From positions 61,814,001-61,878,000 of the forward strand of contig NC_042998.1 in assembly GCF_006345805.1 (NCBI RefSeq): a DNA stretch of 64,000 nt. The letters are read 5' to 3'. Position 1 is the stretch's first letter; the number at the start of each line of letters is the position of its first letter. A model generated the notes under the pieces. The model was not told the DNA's origin, did not search any database, and saw nothing but the letters and a program-made list of their open reading frames with translations. The stretch comes from Octopus sinensis. Lineage: Eukaryota. Positions 29,771 through 40,577 of the stretch are shown piece by piece. The translations under genes and the position numbers were made by a program.

Positions 29771-31244
29771 ATGTATGTATACATACATACGTGGCACTCC
29801 GTCGTTTACGACGACGAGGGTTCCCGTTGATCCGATCAATGGAACAGCTTGTTCGTGAGATTAACGTGCAAGTGGCTGAGCACTCCACCGACACGCATAC
29901 CCCTTCACATACTTCTCAGGGAGATTCAGCACAACACAGAATGTAGCAAGGCTGGCCTCTTGAAATACAGGTACTACTCATTTTTGTCAGCTGAGTGGAC
30001 TGGAGCAACGTGAAATAAAGTGTCTTGCTCAAGGACACAACGCGCCGCCGGGAATCGAACTTGCGACTCTAACCACTAACCACACACTCATACTCAATTA
30101 TACACATCCATCCATCCATCCATCCATCCATCCATCCATCCATCCATACATACATACATACATACATACATACATACACACGTACATATACACACATACA
30201 TTCATACATGCATGCATACTCACACATACACACATTCATACAGACATATACGCATACAAACATATTCATACATACACACATGCGTACATGCAGGCAAGCA
30301 TACACGCACGCACACATACCTGCGTACATGCATACATATATACATACATACATACATGCAGACATACACACATGCACACATGCACACATTCACACATCGC
30401 GCGTACGCACACACACGCACACGCACGCACGCGCGCACACGCACACACACCTACATGGTACCCAGACGCAAAACTTCGCTACCAAATAGAATCTTCACAA
30501 AAGACAGATGCTAACAACAAATCTAGGTTATGTAATAGTGAAACCAAGGACATTAGTCACATTGTTGCCGAAAGATATAGAATGGCGTTTAGATTCTAAC
30601 TTTTCATTAGACATGAAGTGGTAGACAGAAAAATCTAGAACTAAGAGAGAAATAAAACAATATAACAACGAAGAAAGGTGAATATACTGAAGACGGTCGA
30701 TTGAACGATAATGAGTGGAAACTAAGAATGAAAGCAGCAATCAAATTATATCACAAACAGATCTGATTATGTTGTTTGTGACCACGAAGTAAAAGATATG
30801 CTTCGTTGTGGAAGTCATATTCCCGCTCGTCAAAAATGCAGTAATAAAAAATATGGGAGAAAGGAAATATGGTCGAGTTACTCATGAAGATTTTGCGAAA
30901 TGCACGTTCAGCTTTTAATATCAATTTATGGATATAAGCCTTTATATCCAAAAATAAGGGTATAAGGCTGTGCTTGTATTTCAAAGAGAATCTTAGTGAT
31001 GATCTTAGAATGGCTGAACTTGGATTCTTGCAAAGAATTCAGCTCCGTAATTCATTTGCTCCAAGTTCCAGTCCTTGCTATGATATGGTGTTTTGTGTAC
31101 CTCAACGATCCTGAGAGCTATACTAGCAGAACACAAGCTCCTGGAGTGCCTCCCATGCTGGTCATATCAAAGGGTAGAAGCCAGACTAAGAAGGGTCACC
31201 TCTTCCCAGAGGTAAAAATGGGTTTTCATCCGGCCAACATCCCT

Positions 31245-31670
31245 ACATGTTGTTTATAACGCCCTAGACTGCTGTAAACGTACCGAAATATCCTTTTGTG
31301 TTGACGACAAATATTGAATAGCATCGAAATTCCATTATCGGTTGACAAAACTCCATCAGTACAATGGTGGACGGTACTACTGTATCACGAGATTTCACCG
31401 TAACGCGGATCATCAGCTTTTCTCGACTCTACCAGTTGTTTGGCCAAATCATTCTATGTCGGTTTGATTGATATTCTGTCTGACATTCGGCTTGGTAATC
31501 TGCCATTCATGATCCGCGATGCAGTGAAATCACGTGATACCATCCGCTGGTGTACTGGCGGGCTTTCGTCAACCGATAATAAAATTGCGATGCTTTTTAG
31601 CATTTATCATCTACACGAAATGATTTTTCGGGACTTTAACAGTAGTCCAAGGCGTTGTAAACAAAACATC
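31245..31670. repeat. Long imperfect inverted repeat (MITE-like) in the GPCR intron
   Basis: Arms of ~160 bp, e.g. ATTATCGGTTGAC/GTCAACCGATAAT and CGCGGATCAT/ATGATCCGCG. Confidence 0.75.
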
Positions 31671-31695
31671 CAAGTTTGGTTGTATATACTAATTA

Positions 31696-31890
31696 ATTTA
31701 CATTATTTACATAATAATAATAATAACATCGAAAAATACCTTAGAAATGAGAATCCAGGTTCGAAATTTCCCCAAGACACCTCATGGAGGCTGGAGGGTA
31801 TATCAGCCGAAACGTTGATGAGGACAAATATCCACCAAATGTAAATAATGTAAATAATGTGCATAATTCCTATCTTTTAAATATAGAACT
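31696..31890 (+). mobile_element. Headless copy of the 33152 element tail
   Basis: Colinear with 33300-33490. It retains GGCTG/CAGCC and GAAACGTT, but the core is mutated to CTCATGG. Confidence 0.75.
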
Positions 31891-32108
31891 ATACCAATTG
31901 ATATTCGTTACAAAAGTTGCTTCTGTCATTAATAGATAGAGTGAATAATATATTCACTGGTATTACAGAAACGGGTTCCCAGCGTCTTCCTACAACGCTC
32001 AACTAACCCAGAATGCACTGATTATCGCTTATGGTGACACAACCGTACTACGGGGCCGCGTATTTTTTTCTTTTTTCTTTACGGATATATGTACTCACAC
32101 TCACCAAC

Positions 32109-32260
32109 ATGGGGCCAGTGAGCAGAAAAAATAAACGATGGAGACGAATGTATTCTCTACAAGATAAAATAGAGATAATCAAGAAACTATGTGACGATGA
32201 AAGCTTCGCTTGCTGTGGGCCGCGAATTTGGTGTAAATGAACCGCAATGAGCCGTCGTTC
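32109..32260 (+). pseudogene. pogo/Tigger transposase N-terminal HTH relic
   Basis: RRMYSLQDKIEIIKKLCDDESFA, frameshift, AVGREFGVNE. This resembles a CENP-B/psq-type HTH. Confidence 0.6.
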
Positions 32261-33151
32261 CGTTTACAAAGTACGCGGAGATGATTCATTTATCACTGAT
32301 TCATTTATCACTGCTTCTTATTTCTTTTTTTTTTTTAACCAAATCTCTTGATAAACAAGGACAGATGTACTATAGTGGTAGATCGTGAGTAGAATCATTG
32401 AACCGGAATTGAAAGATTAGTAAAGAGACTGTGAAAATGCGGGTCCCGTAGCATATTCCACTCTTGCTACTAGATTAATCCGCCTCTCCAAACAGCTTTA
32501 TTAGATACTTTTAGTGTAGATATTAAACCGAAATCTATGCGCGGAATTTTGTCAATGAACAGGCCGTGGTCTCAAAGCGACGAAAATATTTTGACAAATT
32601 AAATTTAAATGTTGAAGTGAATCTAACGGTTTTTGTGTGTTTTTAAATGGCTTATAAACACCTTCCACGCTGCAGTTGTTTTTGTTTCAGCACACAATCT
32701 CAGATCAGGTTACTTGCTATGCAAGTATATCTCCGTAATATGACGGCAACGTTAACAAGATTTTGAAATTTACGTATTTAGTCGGAAAGTTTGATTTTTA
32801 ACTCTAACCCTAGCATTTAATATGTTTATAATCTTAACGTCTAATTTTTATTATCTTAATGTTTAATCGAAAATGAAAGCATTTCTCTCCTTTACGATAG
32901 AGTTTCGCGTGTGTAATACAGGGAGTTGAAAAACTTTAATTAACTATAATTATCCATTAGTAGGCAAAACCTCTCATGGGATGTGTTTAAAATCTGAGAA
33001 CAACAAAGATAACTTCAATGAATTAAGTTGACCGAAACCATTATACAGTATGATATTGCAGAACGGGCATGGGTGCTTCTTTAAAACCATCTGATGAAAG
33101 TAATTAACATGTTTCAGAGTTATTAAATCTCCTCAGTGAATTATATTCTAT

Positions 33152-33266
33152 GCCATATGCCCACGGGCATATGGCGTAATGGTTAAGAGCGCGGGCTACT
33201 AACCCCAAGATTTCGAGTTCGATTCCAGGCAGTGACCTGAACAACAACAACAACAACAACAACAAC

Positions 33267-33312
<46 letters not shown>

Positions 33313-33490
33313 TCGAAAAATACCTTAGGAGTGAGAACTCAGGTTCGAAATTTCCCCAGGACACCTGATGAAAGCTAGAGGGTATATCAGCCGAAACGTG
33401 TTAACAACAAACAAGATGAGGACAAATATCCGTCGAATGTAAATAATGTAAATAATGTACATAATTCCTCATCTCTTAAATATAGAACTG
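33152..33490 (+). mobile_element. tRNA-headed SINE-like element with a hammerhead-containing tail
   Basis: A-box-like TGGCGTAATGG and B-box-like GAGTTCGATTCC, then an (AAC)n(AAT)n linker, then GACAC-CTGATGA...AGCC-GAAAC-GTGTT (33360-33402). A headless copy is at 31696-31890. Confidence 0.7.
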
Positions 33491-33529
33491 TATTATATAC
33501 TATTCAGTCAGCCAGTTTTAGAAGTGATC

Positions 33530-33593
<64 letters not shown>

Positions 33594-33741
33594 GTGTGTG
33601 CGCGCGCGCGCGTATGTGTGTGTTATAAAATATCAATACTGTTCAGGAAGGGCTCCAGGTGTCGCTCATGGCCTTTGGTAAAGGCATGAACCACACCACT
33701 ACAAATATCACCTTTTCTGTGTGCAAATGAATTTATTATTC

Positions 33742-33801
<60 letters not shown>

Positions 33802-33847
33802 TTGTTGTTGTGTTGTTGTTGTTGTTGTGATGATGATGATGATGATG

Positions 33848-33881
<34 letters not shown>

Positions 33882-33941
33882 GGATGATGATGATGATGAT
33901 TGCTTTTCTTTCCCTCAACTTTTTTTTCTTTTAATTTCCAG

Positions 33942-34692
33942 ATTTATCCACTACATGCAGTTCTCTAGTATGTTCGCCAACGTCTTCACACTGACCGCCA
34001 TGGCAGTCAACCGTTACGTCGCCATACGTTTCCCGATTTGGACGAGGCTCCGTCGTAACCACAAAGATGTCGTCATTATCAGTCTAGTCATTTGGATTGT
34101 GGCTCTTTGCCTCGGCATTCCATCGTCCCTTATCTACACTACTGTGGAATATCAAGGAAACTTTTACTGCACAGACTCCTTTCAAGATAAACGCCATTTA
34201 AGGCCGACATTTTTCCTTCTCAATTTCTTAATCGGTTACGTAATTCCACTGAGTACTATTCTGATTCTTAGCACCCTCACTGTATGTAATATGTGGAACT
34301 CAACCAATATGGAAGGCATAAACGCTGCTGAATCTCTTCGCAACAAACGTAGAGCTACGAAAATCGTAATATCTCTGGTTTTAGTATTTGCCTGTATGTG
34401 GTTTCCTTACCATTTGTTTTGGATATGGGTGAACTATTTCCATGACAGCTTCGAATGGTCGTATGCATTCTATTACTTCCAAGTATTTGCTTATTTGTTA
34501 GCTTTTACGAATTCTGCTTTAAATCCATTGGTCTACGCGTTCTGCTCGGAAACTTTCCGAAAGAAATTGTGCATTTGGTCGAAACGCAAGCAAGATCATT
34601 CGTTCCTGTCTCATTCGAGATTAACTAATCATTCTATTCGATCAATCCCTCAAAATACTCAAGAAATTCCAATGGACAAAATATCTCTGTAA
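33942..34692 (+). CDS. Same GPCR, coding exon 2 (TM3-TM7, C-tail)
   Basis: Pyrimidine tract and TTCCAG acceptor end at 33941, and the phase matches exon 1 (MC-R-FIHYMQ). Motifs: TLTAMAVNRYVAI, TM4 W, GYVIP, CMWFPYH, NSALNPLVY. Stop TAA ends at 34692. Spliced CDS is 1233 nt (410 aa). Confidence 0.95.
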
Positions 34693-34959
34693 ACAAACAA
34701 AAACAAATAAGCATATACTTTGTCTTTTTTTTTATCACGACTGCTGAACAATAGCATCATTGGTTAAAAGTCACAACGTAACAATTACTGGTTCACTATA
34801 TTTATAACGGCGACATGCTCCATGTCTGTAACTCAGTATAGAACAAATATTGCAAAAAAGCACTGGGTTTTTTTTCTTTTTTTACGTTTTTGTCGCCTGT
34901 GTATATATATCTTTCACCCATATACATCGGCAATAATATTTAAAATTCATGTACAGTTA

Positions 34960-35351
34960 AATGAAGGAAAGAAAATGGAAAGTTGAGATAATAATAATTA
35001 TCTATTATTTAAAAAGAAAGGTAATCTCTACTTCTTGCAGCCGTTTCCATTAGTGCTCAATAAGAAAATTACAAATTTATGCTATAAATTTGCATCTATA
35101 TGTTATGAGCATAATTTCACCATAGAAAAAGAGTCTGCTTGCATGAACAGAAAGGTCAGCGTGTAATATCTAAAGTTATATCATTTTCTCTGATGAAATT
35201 GTGCTCATAACATATAAATGCAAATTTATAGCATAAATTTGTAAGCTTCTTATTGAGCACTAATGGAAACGGTTGTAAGAAGTAAAGATTACCTGTTTTT
35301 TAATGATAAAAAAAATATTATTATTTTAACTCTCCATTTTCTTTCCTTCAT
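34960..35351. repeat. Inverted repeat with ~170-bp arms
   Basis: ATGAAGGAAAGAAAATGG...TAGAAAA / TTTTCTCTG...CCATTTTCTTTCCTTCAT, with a ~50-nt spacer. Confidence 0.9.
35185..35282 (+). ncRNA. Putative type I hammerhead ribozyme with long stem II
   Basis: Stem I TTTCT(35185-89)/AGAAG(35278-82). Core CTGATGA 35190-96. Stem II ATT-GTGCTCA...TGAGCAC-T-AAT. GAAAC 35266-70, then GGTT-GTA with predicted cut after 35277. The closing pair of stem II is a non-canonical A.G. Confidence 0.68.
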
Positions 35352-35587
35352 GAATTTTATTCTAAATATATAACTATTGATTTAAAGAATTTTCATTTCC
35401 CAAATATACTAGGTATAGAACCAGTATTTCCTTGGGTGTAACCATCCCTTTATGAGGTTAACATATCCTCTAGGCAACTTTAATAATTAACATACATACA
35501 TACATACTTACATACATACATACATACATACATACAAACAAACAAACAAACAAACAAACATAAGAAAAATAAGGTAAAGCTCAAGTT

Positions 35588-35809
35588 TAGTTTATTTTAA
35601 AGTTCCTACTCGCGTTTCACCATTATGGTTGTTTGGAGCTCTGCTATGGAAGTTTCAAATGTATATAAAAGCCCAACCACGCCGAATCCAAGGGATCGTG
35701 TTTCCTGACGAGCCAGCGTGACTGAGCATCTACATACATTTGGAATTCCTAGCATAAGGCTCCAAACAGCCAAATGGTGAAACGCGCGTAGGAACTTTAA
35801 TATAAACTA
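35588..35809. repeat. Inverted repeat with ~95-bp arms
   Basis: TAAAGTTCCTACTCGCGTTTCACCATT / AATGGTGAAACGCGCGTAGGAACTTTA. Confidence 0.88.
35700..35795 (+). ncRNA. Putative type I hammerhead ribozyme with ~59-nt loop II
   Basis: Stem I GTTTC/GGAAC. Core CTGACGA 35705-11. Stem II GCCA(35712-15)/TGGT(35775-78). GAAAC 35779-83, palindromic stem III ACGCGCGT, GTA cut site after 35790. Confidence 0.72.
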
Positions 35810-35910
35810 GTGTTTATCCTTATTATCCCTACAGTTGCTATGTAGCTCATAACTGGTAATGCTATTCAGCGTAGAAGTTACTTAACAACTATACAGAAAG
35901 CAGATGGGGG

Positions 35911-36229
35911 CGGACGTCGGATTTAGGAAGCACCAACAAGTTGGAATTTCTTCGTTTTGACGGGTTTTCTCAGATTTTTTTTTTTCACAGTGCCCTTGGA
36001 AAAGCTCTAGACTATCTTTTTAGCAAAATCTCCCTTTAATCATACACCATTTCGTCTGAAAATATCTACTTTTTTTTTTTACCGAAAAAGCATATTTCGC
36101 AAATTTTTTATTATTATTATTATTATTATTATCCAGAGCATTTCCAAGGGCACCGTGAAAATAAATGAAAAATCCTCTTCAAAACGAAGAAATTCTAACT
36201 TAATGGTGCTTCCTAAGTCCAATGTCCGT
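35911..36229. repeat. MITE-like inverted repeat with ~100-bp arms
   Basis: TTAGGAAGCACCA..GAATTTCTTCGTTTTGA / TCAAAACGAAGAAATTC..TGGTGCTTCCTAA, and GTGCCCTTGGAAA/TTTCCAAGGGCAC. Confidence 0.85.
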
Positions 36230-36758
36230 CGAGACGGGATTATAATAATCTAGGTGGAGGTCTAAACATAACCGTGACAATCATACATCAACTTGTACGT
36301 TACGTACAAGGTAACAGTTGACAATGGCTCGAAGTTTCGCCATGGATCGCCTTCGTAATACTGTCTGATTCTTTAGTCCTTGATGCTATTTATATGCTTA
36401 GGTTCGGCTTATGAGCAGAGTAGAAATGAGTTGAACGTACTATAAGAATATAATAAGTATTTAAAACAAAAGAATTTTTTACCGTTTGACTAAGCCAACC
36501 ATTGGCAAAACTTCGAAGTTCCTATCAACATTTTCCTTGAAACGATAAATTTAATACCTTTCCTAAATGCATTGAATCATCTTTCTGTGAACATTTCACT
36601 GTTTTTATGTACAACTGAACATAAAAAAATCCACATTCACATATAATATATACATACATACATACATACATACATACATACATACAAACATACAATACAT
36701 ACAGATATATGTGTGTGTGTGTATATAATATAATATATATATATATATATATAATATA

Positions 36759-36801
<43 letters not shown>

Positions 36802-36963
36802 ATATAGTATACACACACACACACAAATACTCATATATATTGTGGTGCTAAAGTTATTGTTACTACTCGGGGTGTTTCGGTTGTCCCTATTTATTATACT
36901 CTGTAAATGTACCTACCTACCAACATACATACATACGTATATATTCATATATGCATGTATGTA

Positions 36964-37030
<67 letters not shown>

Positions 37031-37031
37031 A

Positions 37032-37063
<32 letters not shown>

Positions 37064-37660
37064 CACTATGCACACACGCACGTAATTGATGCACTTACAG
37101 TCTCTTTCTACCAAATTCCCCTCACAAAATATTTGCCAAGTTGATAATATAGTAATATGCGAACATACGTTTACTGAAAGCGTCACACAATGAGATCGAA
37201 CGCGGAAGTTTCTAAGCGAAATTCTTAACTGCACTGTTGTCCAAGTTACCACGCATTTGCATCGTGAAAGCTAAAAAATAACCCAGATAAGTTTTAGAGT
37301 CATTTTCATACATATTATTTCGACGCAATCTCCAATAACAGATGAACTGTGAGGTTTAATATGGCAGGAACATGACTTAAAATGCTTCCCTGTTGCTGAA
37401 ATTGAAACCTACTGCCTGCTGTACTCTGTATTTTTGAAGTAATACAGCCAAGTGTCATCTGCGAATGACACTGGCTTGGTAACATGTACTATGCTTTTGT
37501 TCATTGTTTTTGGCGATAATGTAGTCGTGAGCCGACATAAAAACCTCTGTCCGGTCACCATCAAGAACACGACAGCTGGAGAGAGGGGGAGAGAGAGAGG
37601 GGAAGAGAAAGAGTGAATGAGACAGAGAAGGAAGAAAAGAGAGAGAGGAGTGAAAGAGAT

Positions 37661-37692
<32 letters not shown>

Positions 37693-40355
37693 TTGTACAA
37701 GTGTTGGGTTAAACTATTCATTCACAGCTGTTTAGACTGGAGCAACGTGAAATGAAGTATCTTGATCAAAGACACAACACCCTGCCCGGTATAGGAACTG
37801 AACCCCAAATTTTATGATTTTGAGCCGAACACTCCTAACCACTCGGCCACGTGCTACTTGTATTTTATATGTAATTAATTTCATTTAACTTTACAGGATT
37901 ACCTCCCCTGCCTTTGTTGATTATAATTACCCATTAACATAATGTAACATTTTTTTTTTGTTTCCTTCATAACTGGTGAAACTTTTATTAATATTTTTGG
38001 TGGTTTCCGACCTCATGTATGTTATCGTACACTACATTATTATAATTTTATTATTTTATACTTTTTCCATGTCAAACATTTTTTACAGATTTTCTTAAAA
38101 CTAACTCTATTAAAAAAAGAAAAAACATTGTGATCTTAACTATTCAAAGACTTCATCTACAAGAAAACAACAGTTAATATATTTAATGAACTAAGCATTA
38201 GAAACGTAATAAAAGATAATTATGCGATCAAGACAATATTAATACAATGTCCTGCATGAAAGGCAAGATATGTTATTCATACAAATAATCTAGTGAGCGT
38301 TGAAAATCTAATCAAAAATAATTATATGACAAGGAAAAAGCAATATTAAGTCAATGGCTAATGTTATAATTAATACAGTAATTATAACAATTCTAGATAA
38401 GTTTTTGCGTTAATGGATCTGCTCCTCGATGCATAAACTTTACCATCATTGTCGAAGTAGTGATAAGCTAATCACGTGCCAAATTTAAAATGCTGAACAA
38501 GGGACGGTTTAAATAATTAACGTATTTTAATATTAACTTACTGGCGTATGTTAGAACATAACTCCAAGGTCGATAACTCTGCTTTCTTCAGTTTTGTTTA
38601 CTTGACAATGAAAGATCAAAATTCGACCAGTTGAATACAACAAAAGTGGTTTCCTGGTTTACGGATCAAATGTGTGTGTGTGTTACGAAGATATCACTCT
38701 CTTGTCTCTACACACATAAATACCCTTATCCACCAACAAGTCTACTAAATTTACAGGCCATCTACAAGGCGGTAAACTACCCACCAAATTAGGTTCTGAT
38801 TATTCGATCTCGTTACAGAATACAATAACAGTCCTCTGTGGTCAAGCTACAGAATTATTATTGCTCTCCATATTTCCAATATATTCTGTACTAACAGCAA
38901 ATATGTCATCTCTCTCTTACAAAAGATTCTTCTCCGAAACGTTAGACTGCTCACTTTCTTCACTGCAGTCTATACCATTCAACTTTTTGAATATTTCGTA
39001 CCAACTTTTCTCCACACAGACCATCACTAGTATTCTCGGATTCTGCTGTTTTACTGCAAAATTTTTAGGGTTTTAGCGAGGTGGAAAAGGTACATGTGGT
39101 CAAGGCCCTTATAATATTATAATCTTCTGATTTAATAAGAGTCGTGATAAAGAACATCAAGAAATACGAAGACAAGTTAAGATTGACTGCCACATTAATT
39201 TCGCCGCTAAAAGAAAATACAGCAACTGGTATACATGAATAATTCTGTTTATCAAAATACATAGGTCCAGCGTGTTTCTTGAAGATGAAGATTTTCGCGA
39301 GAAAAACATAAAACTGGCGATACGAATCTCTCTTGACAATACCCTCTTCACAGTAAATGCACAGCGGAATAAAACTGCTCTCTCTCTCATGTCGAAGATC
39401 CGATCTCTACCGTGACTACCAACCTCACTGAAGAATACGCAGAAAAGCTTCCTCTAAATAGCTGATGATGACGCGCTTAGCTAGTGGACAGTCCGCGTAA
39501 AGCTAGGACTCGACCGTCACGTGATAAGCCTTAATGTAGGTACCTAAAGGTAAAAAGTCAAAATGTGTGTACCTAAAGGTAAAGAGACAAAATATGGGTA
39601 GCTAAAGGTAAAGAGTGAACGTGCTTGCTACCGGTTCTTATATTATGTTCTTACATTATCAACTAGGAAGATTTGACAGGAATCTTTTCGCCATGAACAT
39701 TAGGAATGTAAGCGAAGTGACTTCTAGCTGGATAATAAACTATACTAGAACAGTGTAAAGTAAAATAAAAACGCTGGTTCCTATTTAACGAAGTCGAAAA
39801 CACCTCTACTGGGCCTAAATTTTTTTGTTTTTTAAGGACAGAAATATTAATCATGTGACATTGATATCCTGAAATGAAAAGCTAACAGCTGATGATTAAA
39901 AGGAAATCGTAGTTTCCGCAAGCGTGGAAGTTCCTTTTTACTATATAATGCAGCAACAGGGATTGTAAATGAATCCTTTAACGAAAGTTATACGAGACTC
40001 TTGATGGAGTTTGATGCAAACATGACATTTATGATGGTTTCTGAACTTGTAGGCTTTGTTTACTTATCGAATTTGTTAAACATGTAACAATAACACCATG
40101 AACGTCGGATTCATGGTTTGGAAAGAGACTTGTGGTTGTGATACAGCTATGTAAAATTTTAATAAATTCAACCTGAGGTTATTGTCATTGTTCTTATTGT
40201 TGTCAGCGTCATCAATATTGTTGATGTTGTTTTGCTATTGTTGTTTAATTTCAGTTTAAAAGCTCAAACCCGGAGCAAATTAATCATCCGAGGCATTCCT
40301 GGCCATATATTGAACGATCATTTTCCATTCACAGAGCAGAAATAGAATGGTTTCA

Positions 40356-40577
40356 AGGCGGCGAGCTGGCAGAAACATTAGCACGCTGGGCAAAATGCTT
40401 AGCGGTATTTCGTCTGCCGCTACGTTCTGAGTTCAAATTCCGCCGAGGTCAACTTTGCCTTTCATCCTTTCGGGGTCGATAAAGTAAGTACCAGTTACGC
40501 ACTGGAGTCGATGTAATCGACTTAATATCCCTTTGTCTGTCCCCTCTGTTTAGCCCTTTGTAGGCAATAAAGAAATA
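40356..40577 (+). mobile_element. tRNA-derived SINE family B, MetaSINE-like core (>10 copies, e.g. 2515-2710, 13440-13630, 27760-27990, 40630-40848, 43955-44168, 55995-56205, 56385-56588)
   Basis: GAGTTCAAATTCC B box, central GACTTTGCCTTTCATCCTTTCGGGGTCGATAAA..AGTACC-type motif, and a 16-bp TSD AGAAATAGAATGGTTT at this copy. Confidence 0.85.

Noticed and set aside
31085-31245. Possible RTE 5' UTR or ribozyme relic
   Set aside because: Only vague resemblance. No HDV or twister fold could be built.
33165-33240. tRNA gene (and other tRNA-like heads)
   Set aside because: No proper acceptor stem, and it runs into a SINE body.
33721-33941. Poly-L/C/D N-terminal extension of the GPCR ORF
   Set aside because: These are intronic triplet repeats upstream of a clear acceptor at 33941.
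33942-34692. Melatonin receptor assignment based on NRY
   Set aside because: It has NPLVY rather than NAxxY, and TM2/ECL1 resemble galanin/AstA receptors.
38700-39420. Unique-looking sequence with short ORFs
   Set aside because: Stops occur in the frames I read. It may be a very old LINE relic but cannot be supported.
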